A DNA stretch of 64,000 nucleotides, taken from an uncultured bacterium. GTDB lineage: Bacteria > Babelota > Babeliae > Babelales > Babelaceae. The position numbers and the translations under genes were made by a program. Under the pieces are notes generated by a model. The model saw nothing but the letters and a program-made list of their open reading frames with translations. It had not been told where the DNA came from and made no database searches. Below, one piece after another: positions 19,844-29,094 of the stretch. Each line of letters begins with the position of its first letter. Position 1 is the stretch's first letter. The stretch lies in NCBI GenBank assembly GCA_963717435.1, contig OY970332.1, positions 288,001 to 352,000 on the forward strand, in the 5' to 3' direction.

Positions 19844-20779
19844 TTAAATTTTCTTGCGGGTGTTAATATTTTGAAATAATTTTTTTATAGAATCTTTTAT
19901 ATTTGGGATACTTGGAAATTCTTTAAGTAATTTATTAGCATCTAGTTCATTATTTGAACGACGTGCTTTTAAAATTTTATCTTGTTCTTCCAGCGAAAAA
20001 TTGGTGTAACTAAAATTATTGTCTATATATTCTTTATATAAATCTAAAATCTCATTATGGGAAATAACTCCAGGATTAACAAAATTATAAACCCCTACAA
20101 GTCTGCGTTCTGCCATTTGTGGAATTAGCGGCAATAAATCTGATAAGATGCTCATTGAATTGGGGACGTTAACAACTTTTTGATATTTAGTAATTTTTGT
20201 AACAAAATTTCTTGGATGAAAGTCATCTGAAATTGGCATTCTCAGTCTTAGATTTAATGTATTTGGATATTCTTTAAGTAACTTATCTAGCATAATCTTT
20301 GTATAAGAATAAAACGATCCGGCAAAATTAGGTTCCTCTTCTTCTTTAAATCCAATTCCGCTATATATTGGATGATTTTTATCGTACTCATAAATGCATC
20401 CGGTTCCAATATTAATAAAATGGATATTATTTTTAAAAGAAATATCTGCCAAATTTAAGGCCCCAATTATATTAGATCTTATAGTTTCTTGCTTATGATC
20501 TTCGCACCAATCAACATTGGGAACACCTGTAACTCCTGCAGCATTTATAACGCAATCAGGTTTTTCTTTTTGAATCTCTAATTCTAAAGACTCTCTATTT
20601 TCTAACCTAGTTTGAGTGGCAACAACTTGGTAATTTGCATCAGTTAAGATTTTGACAATTTTTTGTCCAATCCATCCGGTTTTTCCACCAAATACTAAAA
20701 TTTTTTTAATTTCTGGATCATTATTTGATGAGTTTAAGTTAATAGATAAAAATATAAAAAAAATAAAATTATTTTTCAT
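19844..20779 (-). CDS. Eukaryote-type bifunctional NDP-4-keto-6-deoxyglucose 3,5-epimerase/4-reductase (UER1/NRS-ER-like), signal peptide
   Basis: GKTGWIG, NAAGVTG.PNVDWCE, TGCIYEYD, PNFAGSFYS.TK, LRLRMPI, PRNF, VVNVPNSM, NPGVISHNEIL, RSNNELD. Confidence 0.88.
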   Translation of the reverse strand: MKNNFIFFIFLSINLNSSNNDPEIKKILVFGGKTGWIGQKIVKILTDANYQVVATQTRLENRESLELEIQKEKPDCVINAAGVTGVPNVDWCEDHKQETIRSNIIGALNLADISFKNNIHFINIGTGCIYEYDKNHPIYSGIGFKEEEEPNFAGSFYSYTKIMLDKLLKEYPNTLNLRLRMPISDDFHPRNFVTKITKYQKVVNVPNSMSILSDLLPLIPQMAERRLVGVYNFVNPGVISHNEILDLYKEYIDNNFSYTNFSLEEQDKILKARRSNNELDANKLLKEFPSIPNIKDSIKKLFQNINTRKKI

Positions 20780-20790
20780 GTTTTTCCAGT

Positions 20791-21558
20791 TTAACGTTTA
20801 AAAATAAAACAAATACCACAATAAAAATGGATTCCACGTATTTCATTTTGATAATAAGACAGATCTTTTAATATGGAATCTGGACACGCGCCTTTATTTG
20901 CACAACCAGATTTTGCTCCAACGAAATTTAAATCATGCACTAATTCTAATAAGAAATTTATGGTTGTTTGTGGACCGGCTTGAGGATTATCTTGAGAGCC
21001 GCCGCCCCCCCAATTTTTCCAGTATGACGTGTGAAGGTCTTCTATAATATAAACTCCGCCACTTTTAACATGCGGAAAAAGCATTTTAAAGCTAATTATC
21101 TGTTGATCCATCGTATGTCCACCATCATCTAAAATAATATCAAAATTCCCACCCGAAAATTGTATAAATTTTTCCAGTTGTTCTTTATCGGATTGATCAG
21201 CAACAAAAAAGTTGGATCTTGTAAGTCCATGGCTGTATTTTAAAAATGCATTAGGATCAATATCAATAAAATAAAAAGATGCCTTTGAAAAATACCCTTC
21301 CCACATTCTAGCGGAGTTTCCAAGTAAAAATCCAATTTCTAAAAATTTTATAGAAGAATCTTTGAGCTTAGAAAAATACCATTCATATATAGAAGTATAC
21401 TTATGACTTATTGAGCTTTTATCTGTATTGCAATTTTTACCAATAATATCCAATTTATCAGATGACTCATCAATGATGCGTTCTGCAGAGGTTTGATGAG
21501 AAAATGATAAAAATATAAAGATAAATGTCGGTGCCGCTAATAAATTATTATTTAACAT
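20791..21558 (-). CDS. Class I SAM methyltransferase (MycE-like sugar O-methyltransferase), signal peptide
   Basis: TDK...H.Y..IY, LEIG, DQSD, DIILDDGGH, GGVYIIEDLHTSYW. Confidence 0.82.
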   Translation of the reverse strand: MLNNNLLAAPTFIFIFLSFSHQTSAERIIDESSDKLDIIGKNCNTDKSSISHKYTSIYEWYFSKLKDSSIKFLEIGFLLGNSARMWEGYFSKASFYFIDIDPNAFLKYSHGLTRSNFFVADQSDKEQLEKFIQFSGGNFDIILDDGGHTMDQQIISFKMLFPHVKSGGVYIIEDLHTSYWKNWGGGGSQDNPQAGPQTTINFLLELVHDLNFVGAKSGCANKGACPDSILKDLSYYQNEIRGIHFYCGICFIFKR

Positions 21559-21564
21559 ATTTTT

Positions 21565-22710
21565 TTATTGTAGTTCTATTGTTTCGCCATTTGTATAAAC
21601 TGGTGTATATGCTGTATGTTCCATTTTTTCCCACCTTTCTTGATTGTCCAAATACCATTGTATTGTTTTATGTAGACCTTCTTTAAACGAAATCTGATAT
21701 TTCCACTCAAGCAATTTATAAGACTTATCAGTAGATGAACAATGATATCTTACCTGGCCAGGTCTATCCCCAATAAATTTTAAATAACTTTCTGGTAAAT
21801 TGAAATATTCTAAAATAATTTTGGCTATATCTAAAATAGTTGTTCCAATACCCGTGCCTAAATGAATTAATTGATGTTTAATTTGTTCAAAATTATCGGC
21901 ATGTAAAATAATATCTAAAGCTCTTGCCAAATCTTCCGTATGCAACCAATCTCTTGCCTGTAATCCATCCCCATGGATAGTAAGAGGTTGCTTTTTTATG
22001 GCGCTACATATAAATCTTGGTATTACTTTTTCAAGATGCTGCTGTGGTCCGTAATTATTAAAGGGTCTAACTATCACTGCCGGAACATTATACGTGCAAC
22101 AATAAGAATAAACTAGTCTATCAGCGCCAGCTTTAGCAGCGGCATAAGGTGACCTGGGGTTAATTGGATGATCTTCATCCATTGGCGAATATTCAGCTGT
22201 TCCGCAGACTTCAGAAGTGGATATGTGAATAAATCTTTCAACTGTTTTCTTATGTTTAACCAAAGCTGTCATCATGACTCTTGTTCCCATCACATCAGTT
22301 TCAAAAAAAGTTATATCATCACAAATGCTTTTTGTAACATGGGATTCTGCGGCAAAATGAACAACAAGGTTCGCGCGTGACATGAGTTTTTCAACTAATT
22401 GATAATTTGTAACCGAGCCATAAAAAAATTCGAATCGATTAGATTTTCTTATATAATATGGGATATTTTCTAATGAACCTGCATATGTTAAAGCATCTAA
22501 AACAATAAAATAATAATTACTATATTTATCAAACATATATTTTAAATAATTACTACCAATAAAGCCTGCTGCACCAGTTAGTAAAACAATTTTTTTAAAA
22601 GATGATGGTGATGTAATATTTTTCGATTCTTCTGTCTGCAATTTATAAGCACTTAGCATAAAAATTTGAAAAAATAACAATATGCTAATGAGATTTTTAT
22701 TTAGTTTCAT
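21565..22710 (-). CDS. NDP-hexose 4,6-dehydratase (RmlB-like extended SDR), signal peptide
   Basis: TGAAGFIG, DALTYAG, HFAAESHV, STSE, YAAAK, NNYGP.QH.EK, DRPG. Confidence 0.88.
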   Translation of the reverse strand: MKLNKNLISILLFFQIFMLSAYKLQTEESKNITSPSSFKKIVLLTGAAGFIGSNYLKYMFDKYSNYYFIVLDALTYAGSLENIPYYIRKSNRFEFFYGSVTNYQLVEKLMSRANLVVHFAAESHVTKSICDDITFFETDVMGTRVMMTALVKHKKTVERFIHISTSEVCGTAEYSPMDEDHPINPRSPYAAAKAGADRLVYSYCCTYNVPAVIVRPFNNYGPQQHLEKVIPRFICSAIKKQPLTIHGDGLQARDWLHTEDLARALDIILHADNFEQIKHQLIHLGTGIGTTILDIAKIILEYFNLPESYLKFIGDRPGQVRYHCSSTDKSYKLLEWKYQISFKEGLHKTIQWYLDNQERWEKMEHTAYTPVYTNGETIELQ

Positions 22711-22917
22711 ATCCTATCCTTTTTGTTATGCAGGATATTAACATGAATTTTAGTATTAGGGCAAGTCCGATTTTTACTTTTGGGTCTTTCACTTCTGCTT
22801 CTTGAATTTTCTAAAAAACCAACTAGTATTTTCATGGCCCTGTAGTCACTATCCTTGGAGAAATTTATCAAAATTCTATATTTTAATTTTTGATATTGAT
22901 TTAAGAAAGATAATATC

Positions 22918-23676
22918 TTGAAGAAAAATTTTATCTTATTTTTGTTTATTTTTAGCAAAATCAATTCTAAATTTTATCTCGATTTAAAGATTAGTGTTTT
23001 TGAGCAGTTACAAAAAAATTCCCTTATTTATCCTGAGCAACCCATTAAATTGCATCTTGGGTGTGGTGAAAGTTATCTTCCAGGATATATCAATGTTGAT
23101 TTTCCTCCATCAGATCATACTGTGCAAACTAAAAGCGTGGCCGATGTTTATGCCGATGTTATAAATTTGCATTTTCCTGAAAATTCCATTGATGAAGTTA
23201 GATTGCACCATCTTTTTGAACATTTTGATAGGCCAACCGCATTGGGTTTATTATGCAAATGGCAAAAAAGCTTAAAAATTGGGGGTATGGTTTTCATCGA
23301 GACGCCCGATCTTGAAGAGAGCATGAAATTGTTCTTAGGTGATCTTCTTTCTTATGAAGAAAAACAAATAGTGTTAAGACATGTTTTTGGTTCTCATGAA
23401 GCTAGATGGGCGATTCATTGTGATGGATGGTACGGTGAAAAATTTGTTAAAGTCTTAGAGCAGCTTGGTTTTTCAATAATATCAGTCGAAAAAAGCTCTT
23501 GGAAATTGACGCAAAACATTACAGTTAAGGCTATAAAAATATCTAATTTATCTATCCATGAACTTAGATCTAAAGTTTTTGATATATTTGATTCAAGCTT
23601 GGTAGATTACTCGGATGGAGAACAAAAAATTAGATCTGTATGGATGTCAGAATTTAACCAAATTTTTAATAAATAA
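22918..23676 (+). CDS. Class I SAM methyltransferase-domain protein, signal peptide
   Basis: LHLGCG...PGYINVD, HHLFEHF, L..GG...IETPD. Confidence 0.75.
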   Translation: MKKNFILFLFIFSKINSKFYLDLKISVFEQLQKNSLIYPEQPIKLHLGCGESYLPGYINVDFPPSDHTVQTKSVADVYADVINLHFPENSIDEVRLHHLFEHFDRPTALGLLCKWQKSLKIGGMVFIETPDLEESMKLFLGDLLSYEEKQIVLRHVFGSHEARWAIHCDGWYGEKFVKVLEQLGFSIISVEKSSWKLTQNITVKAIKISNLSIHELRSKVFDIFDSSLVDYSDGEQKIRSVWMSEFNQIFNK

Positions 23677-23726
23677 AAACTACTTTGGACTCAATGCTAT
23701 ATAGCTTGGACATCTATTTTATTTTT

Positions 23727-24695
23727 TTAACTTTTTTCAAATAAATCCAATAATTTTTGAGTTGTTTTTAAGTCGGTCATATTATTCAAAACCCATTTTC
23801 TCGGTTTGAACGTTAATAAGTTGTCATTTATATTTAAAATTATTTCACTAAATTGATTAATATTAGACCAAAACAAACCTGTTGACTTACTAAGGTACGG
23901 AGCCGATGAAATATAAGCATAGAATACGCCACAGTACAAATGAGTGCCTCCTCTCTCCCAAACTAAGGTTGGAACATCCATGGACCAACTTTCTGCAAGC
24001 GCCAAACCTTGCGATTCACTTGTCGATAAAAAAACTGCAAATTTTGCTCTCAATAAAGCCTCTTTGAATTGGCTGTGATTATGATTGCCATATTTTATAA
24101 TTTCGACTCTCCAGCCATTATTTTGCAGTATTGTTTGAACATTATTTAATAAATTATTATCACAATTTTTGCAATATATAAGGGCAATTTTAGAATCATA
24201 ATTTTTATTTACTGGGTCCCAATAAACTTCATTAACTCCTGCGGGCCAAATTTTAATTTTATTTCGTAATCTTATATCTAATTTTTTTTGAGCATCAGCC
24301 ACCCACTCACTTGGAACCAAAATTGTATCTATCTCATTTGCCATTAAAAGTCCTCTTTCTTCTAGTGGTGAGCCCGCCATATTGGGACCAACTAATATCT
24401 TTTTTACCTTACCAGCATTTTTTAAATCTATCGCTTGTCTTAATGCATGAAAATCAGATAAAACAAGAACAAATTCACCAACATCTGAGGTATTTATTGG
24501 ATTATAATTGAAATCCATATTTAGTCTTTTTAAGCCTTCATAAATACTTCTTGTTACCCCGAAATGGCCAGAATCATGGAGATTTTGAGATCCATTGCCA
24601 ATGGGTCTTGTTAATAAAGTTATTTTTGAATGCGTAGTAACAAATTGCAAAACTAAAAATAAAAAAAACGATAAAAAAGTAAATTTTTTTGACAT
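23727..24695 (-). CDS. GT-B glycosyltransferase (GT4-like), signal peptide
   Basis: VGPN, LVPSEWV, W.AGV, ESQGLALAESWSMDVPTL. Confidence 0.7.
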   Translation of the reverse strand: MSKKFTFLSFFLFLVLQFVTTHSKITLLTRPIGNGSQNLHDSGHFGVTRSIYEGLKRLNMDFNYNPINTSDVGEFVLVLSDFHALRQAIDLKNAGKVKKILVGPNMAGSPLEERGLLMANEIDTILVPSEWVADAQKKLDIRLRNKIKIWPAGVNEVYWDPVNKNYDSKIALIYCKNCDNNLLNNVQTILQNNGWRVEIIKYGNHNHSQFKEALLRAKFAVFLSTSESQGLALAESWSMDVPTLVWERGGTHLYCGVFYAYISSAPYLSKSTGLFWSNINQFSEIILNINDNLLTFKPRKWVLNNMTDLKTTQKLLDLFEKS

Positions 24696-24795
24696 AATAA
24701 CTTTAATTTTTTAAAGCTAGGGATATAAATAAGAGACCAAGCTTTAAATATTTTGAATTTTTTGATTTCATTATAACTACCTTATTTAACTGGGA

Positions 24796-25755
24796 TTATT
24801 TTTTAAAAAACTTGTTTCTTTCCTGATTGATTTTTTCTACCCAGTATTTCATATATAATTTTTCAAAATTGTAATCTTTTTTGCTCATTATTTCTTCATA
24901 TTTTTTATTTAAAAATTCTTCTGTAATCTCATTCCAATCTTTAATAACAAGAACGGGCAAGTCGCTAAAAAGGTCATCAAGACTGCAAGATCTAATTATA
25001 GGGATTGAGCCTACCAATAATGCTTCCCAATGTCTATAACAATCAAGCATGTCACCCCAAGGAGAAAGAACAAATTTAAAGTCAGCCATTTCTTCAAGAA
25101 ATTCAAAAAACGGCTTTCTTTGAATTTGATAATTTTTAATTGTGCATGTGCAATATGCCTTATCTTTAAATAATTTATAAACAGGCTCTCTCTCTTGCGT
25201 ATTATTTTGTATACAAAAATTCATATATAATAATTTGGTCTTAGGTTTATTCTTTAATCTATTAAATGCTTGGAACGCTTGCTTTCTATTTTGATATATA
25301 GACTCATCCCTAAATACTCCCAATGGGATATTTATAAATTTTGGAAATGCTAAATTATTAGCATTTCCAAGCCAAGCAATTATTTTAGGATCATATATAT
25401 ATGGCTCAATTGCGCCACAAAATAATGAAATTAGGACATATGGATATTTTATTTTTGGATGAATTTCTTTCCAAAACTTGTCCAATACGAATGCATTTGT
25501 AAATATAATACTTCCTGCAGGTACTTTTTCGGGTGAAAATGGGTATGGATTTATAAAATTATTTGTTCCGCCATCCCAAGGCGTAGCGTACTGAAAATCA
25601 GCTATATTCCTCCAAGATTCTCTGTGTATAAATATTTCTTCTAAATTTTCTATGAGCTTTGTTTTTGGAATTTCATAAAGTCCATATTCTGATTCTATAG
25701 CAAGAATATTGGCACTTATGTTAAAAATAATTGTTAATAAAAATATGAATAACAT
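24796..25755 (-). CDS. Exostosin/GT47-like glycosyltransferase, signal peptide
   Basis: IPLG, LLYMNF, KFVLSPWG..LDCYRHWEALLVGSIPII; paralog of the 17739 CDS. Confidence 0.7.
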   Translation of the reverse strand: MLFIFLLTIIFNISANILAIESEYGLYEIPKTKLIENLEEIFIHRESWRNIADFQYATPWDGGTNNFINPYPFSPEKVPAGSIIFTNAFVLDKFWKEIHPKIKYPYVLISLFCGAIEPYIYDPKIIAWLGNANNLAFPKFINIPLGVFRDESIYQNRKQAFQAFNRLKNKPKTKLLYMNFCIQNNTQEREPVYKLFKDKAYCTCTIKNYQIQRKPFFEFLEEMADFKFVLSPWGDMLDCYRHWEALLVGSIPIIRSCSLDDLFSDLPVLVIKDWNEITEEFLNKKYEEIMSKKDYNFEKLYMKYWVEKINQERNKFFKK

Positions 25756-25784
25756 TTTTTATCCTTAATTTTATTTATTTATAG

Positions 25785-27188
25785 TCAATTTATTTTGCTA
25801 GATTGACCCAAAACATTGCAAGTAAATCCAATATTTCTTAAATCCTCATGGGGTAAAATATTTCTTGTATCAAAAATTATTGGCTGATTCATAACGGAAT
25901 AGATATTTTCAGCATCTAAAGTTTTAAATTCATCCCATTCTGTTAAAACAACAAGCATATCTGCATCTTGAGCTGCTTCGACGACATTAGGACAATAATC
26001 TATATTGGGAATAATTTTTTGCATATTGATCATAGCTATCGGGTCATATGCTTTTACTATGGCCCCTTTTTTTAATAATTCTTGAATTACTGTAATTGCT
26101 GAAGATTCTCTAACATCATCTGTGTTAGCTTTAAAAGCTAAACCTAAAATTGAGATGGTTTTGTTGTTTACGTCACCGCTTAATATTGAACATATGCGCT
26201 CGACAACCCGAAGTTTTTGAAGTTCATTAGTATCAATAGCGGCCCTAACTACACTTAAATTTACGCCTACTTCTTCTGCCGATTTTAATAAAGCATGTGT
26301 ATCTTTGGGAAAACACGAACCACCAAATCCTGGGCCCGGCTTTAAAAATTGATGTCCAATTCTCTTATCAAGTCCCATGCCACGAGAAAGATCTTCGCAA
26401 TTAGCCCCCACCTTTTCACATAGGTTAGCCAACTCATTTATGTATGATATCTTAACCGCAAGAAAACCATTAGAGGCATATTTTATTGCCTCAGCTGTCA
26501 CAATATCTGTAGCTAAAAATGGCACTTTGTTTTCTATTAATGGCGCGTATAAATTTTGCATGATTTCTTTTGATTGAGTTGTATCCGATCCAATCACAAT
26601 TCGATCAGGATTAAAAAAATCAAAAACCGCGCTTCCTTCGCGCAAAAATTCTGGATTTGAAACTACTGTAACCAGATCAAGAACATTTTTTTCTTTCATT
26701 ATAGATTTAATTCGATTTCCTGTTCCAATAGGTACCGTACTTTTTGTGCAAACTATTTTGGGGGAGTTTATATTATCAGCTATTGTATTTGCAACAGCCA
26801 ATATTTGGGAGATATCAGCTTTTCCATCGGAAGATTGCGGTGTTCCAACGGCTAAAAAAATTATCTCAGAAGCTTGTATCGCCCCTTCAAGATCATAAGT
26901 GAATTCCAGCTTTTGCGCCGCAACATTTTTTTTAATTAATTCAGTTAATCCCGGTTCATAAATTGGTATGATCCCTTGTTGTAATCTATGGGCAACCTGT
27001 TTTCGTGTTATTTTCTCTTCATCAATATCGGCACATATTACAGTATGCCCGAGTTCTGCTAGTCCAGTACCCAAAACTAAACCCACATATCCGGTTCCCA
27101 AGATAGTGACTTTGTAGCTATTTTCTAAAGAAAATATATTTGAGCTTTGAAATAATAATAAAACACCAAAAATAAAATTCTTTAACAT
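25785..27188 (-). CDS. ugd: UDP-glucose 6-dehydrogenase with N-terminal signal peptide
   Basis: GTGYVG, PIYEPGL, AVGTP, KSTVP, NPEFLREG, KYASN, GFGGSCFPKD, FKANTDDVRES. Confidence 0.93.
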   Translation of the reverse strand: MLKNFIFGVLLLFQSSNIFSLENSYKVTILGTGYVGLVLGTGLAELGHTVICADIDEEKITRKQVAHRLQQGIIPIYEPGLTELIKKNVAAQKLEFTYDLEGAIQASEIIFLAVGTPQSSDGKADISQILAVANTIADNINSPKIVCTKSTVPIGTGNRIKSIMKEKNVLDLVTVVSNPEFLREGSAVFDFFNPDRIVIGSDTTQSKEIMQNLYAPLIENKVPFLATDIVTAEAIKYASNGFLAVKISYINELANLCEKVGANCEDLSRGMGLDKRIGHQFLKPGPGFGGSCFPKDTHALLKSAEEVGVNLSVVRAAIDTNELQKLRVVERICSILSGDVNNKTISILGLAFKANTDDVRESSAITVIQELLKKGAIVKAYDPIAMINMQKIIPNIDYCPNVVEAAQDADMLVVLTEWDEFKTLDAENIYSVMNQPIIFDTRNILPHEDLRNIGFTCNVLGQSSKIN

Positions 27189-27210
27189 TTTTTACTCCCA
27201 AAAAATTATT

Positions 27211-28845
27211 CTAAATTTTTTTATTAAAATTATCAGCGAAAAAGCTAAAAGTTTTTTCCAGTCCCTCCTGAAGTTTGATTTTTGGATTAAAGCCTAAAAT
27301 TTGCGCGGCTTTTGTAATATCTGGGCGTCTCATTTTAGGGTCAGTTGGATCAAACTGTGGAATTTCTATTATACTCGCGGGCTTGGATGAAAATGTTTGA
27401 ACCAAGTCATTTAAGCAATGAGCCAGTTCGTAGATAGTAAATTCTTCGGGATTTCCCAAATTAAATACGCGATCCTGTATATCTATTTTTTTTGCAATAT
27501 CTTCACAACTTATTAATTTTAACATGCCGTCTATTAAATCTGATACATAAGCAAAACTCCTTGTTTGTTTACCGTCACCATAAACTTCCATCGGTTTATT
27601 TTGCAATACAGCTTTAATAAAATTGGTTACAACGCGCCCGTCATTTAGGTCCATGCCCGGACCATAAGTGTTAAATATTCGTGCAATTCTTACATCTAAC
27701 TTATATTTGTCATAATATAATTTTATTAATGTCTCTGCACCCCGTTTTGACATATCATACTGTGATCTTTTTCCTATTGGGCTCACTCTGCCCCAATAGG
27801 TCTCAAATTGTGGGTTAACTTCAGGATCTCCATATGTTTCAGAAGTAGAGGCCATCACATATTGCGCTTTTTTTCTTACGGCTAACTCTAATGTTTCCCT
27901 TGTTGCATGAAGACCACTTTGTAAGGTCTCTATCGGCAAATTATAATAAGAAGCCGGGCTTGGAACAGATGCAAAATGAAGAACTGAATCTATGTCACCG
28001 ATTACATCAAAACTCTGAGCAACATCAAATTTTTCAAAATAAAAATTTTTGCTTTCTAATAAGTCTTGAATATTTTCTCCAGAACAACAAGATAAGTTAT
28101 CTAAACCAATAACCTGGTGCCCGTCACGTAAAAGGGCCCGTGATAAATGGCTGCCCAAAAATCCAGCGGCCCCAGCAATTACATATCTTTTTTTATTTTT
28201 TTCAAGCTCTGGCAATTTTGCATCTATTATTTTAGTTTTAAATTTTTCTGGTTCAAAGCTTATTAATTCTAAGCTGTATTTATTAATTTTTGTATTTATA
28301 AAATTTAAATTATCAAACTCAAATATACGTTTTTGAATATTCTCTTCGGGCGTTTTGCACGAATCAACTATCTTTTTTGATAATAAATCTTGAATCGCAG
28401 CAACTATATTTTCTTCAGCTAACTCAACACTTTTTTGAGTATTATTTTTTATTTGAACTATTCTAGCATCTATATTCCCAAGTTTATTAAATCTGAAATA
28501 GGCGCTTGCCCAGGCAAGGGCAACCCGCGCACCCTCCAGCCAAGGGGCATTATCATTTAACTGATAGACATGTTCAAGTACCTCAGGTATCACCAAAATA
28601 AATTTCAGATTATTTTCTTTGCAATATTCTAAAACCTGGGGCAACTCGAACGCCGCTTGTGAGAAAATTTGCGAGCCATCTTTATTATTAAGATAATTTT
28701 GGGGTAAAAGATCTATAAAAACCACGGCAGATTGTTGATTATCTTGATAAAGATAAAAGTCGTTTTCAAAACTGCAAAATGATAATTTATTAAGTATCAA
28801 ATAAAAAAGAAATAGATTAAATCTAGGAAAAATTATTTTACTCAT
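27211..28845 (-). CDS. UDP-glucuronate decarboxylase (UDP-xylose synthase)-like SDR fused to an unknown N-terminal domain, signal peptide
   Basis: GAAGFLGSHL, ASTSETYGDP, YWGRV.PIG.RS.YD.SKR, RIFNTYGP, DGRVV.NF, QTRSF.YV.DL, GNPEE, DP..RRPDI. Confidence 0.85.
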   Translation of the reverse strand: MSKIIFPRFNLFLFYLILNKLSFCSFENDFYLYQDNQQSAVVFIDLLPQNYLNNKDGSQIFSQAAFELPQVLEYCKENNLKFILVIPEVLEHVYQLNDNAPWLEGARVALAWASAYFRFNKLGNIDARIVQIKNNTQKSVELAEENIVAAIQDLLSKKIVDSCKTPEENIQKRIFEFDNLNFINTKINKYSLELISFEPEKFKTKIIDAKLPELEKNKKRYVIAGAAGFLGSHLSRALLRDGHQVIGLDNLSCCSGENIQDLLESKNFYFEKFDVAQSFDVIGDIDSVLHFASVPSPASYYNLPIETLQSGLHATRETLELAVRKKAQYVMASTSETYGDPEVNPQFETYWGRVSPIGKRSQYDMSKRGAETLIKLYYDKYKLDVRIARIFNTYGPGMDLNDGRVVTNFIKAVLQNKPMEVYGDGKQTRSFAYVSDLIDGMLKLISCEDIAKKIDIQDRVFNLGNPEEFTIYELAHCLNDLVQTFSSKPASIIEIPQFDPTDPKMRRPDITKAAQILGFNPKIKLQEGLEKTFSFFADNFNKKI

Positions 28846-29054
28846 TAAATCTCTCTTATTTTAATTTTGAACAGGCCAACTAAAATATTTTCTTCAAGAT
28901 ACAATTTCCTACCATAATTTTTCAATATGTTTTTAAAAAAAATATTTTTTTGATATTAATATTTTTTTAAATGGATTTGTTGAAATTTGGGCTGAATTTC
29001 ACGAACAATGGAACGCTAATATTTTGTTTTTTAATGAAAATGTTAAATAAAGCG

Positions 29055-29078
29055 TTCACCGGACTAAAATCCGGTGAA
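29055..29078. terminator. Hairpin downstream of the 29095 CDS (possible intrinsic terminator)
   Basis: TTCACCGGA-N6-TCCGGTGAA, followed by T-rich sequence on the minus strand. Confidence 0.5.
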
Positions 29079-29094
29079 TCGCGCTAAATTTCGA

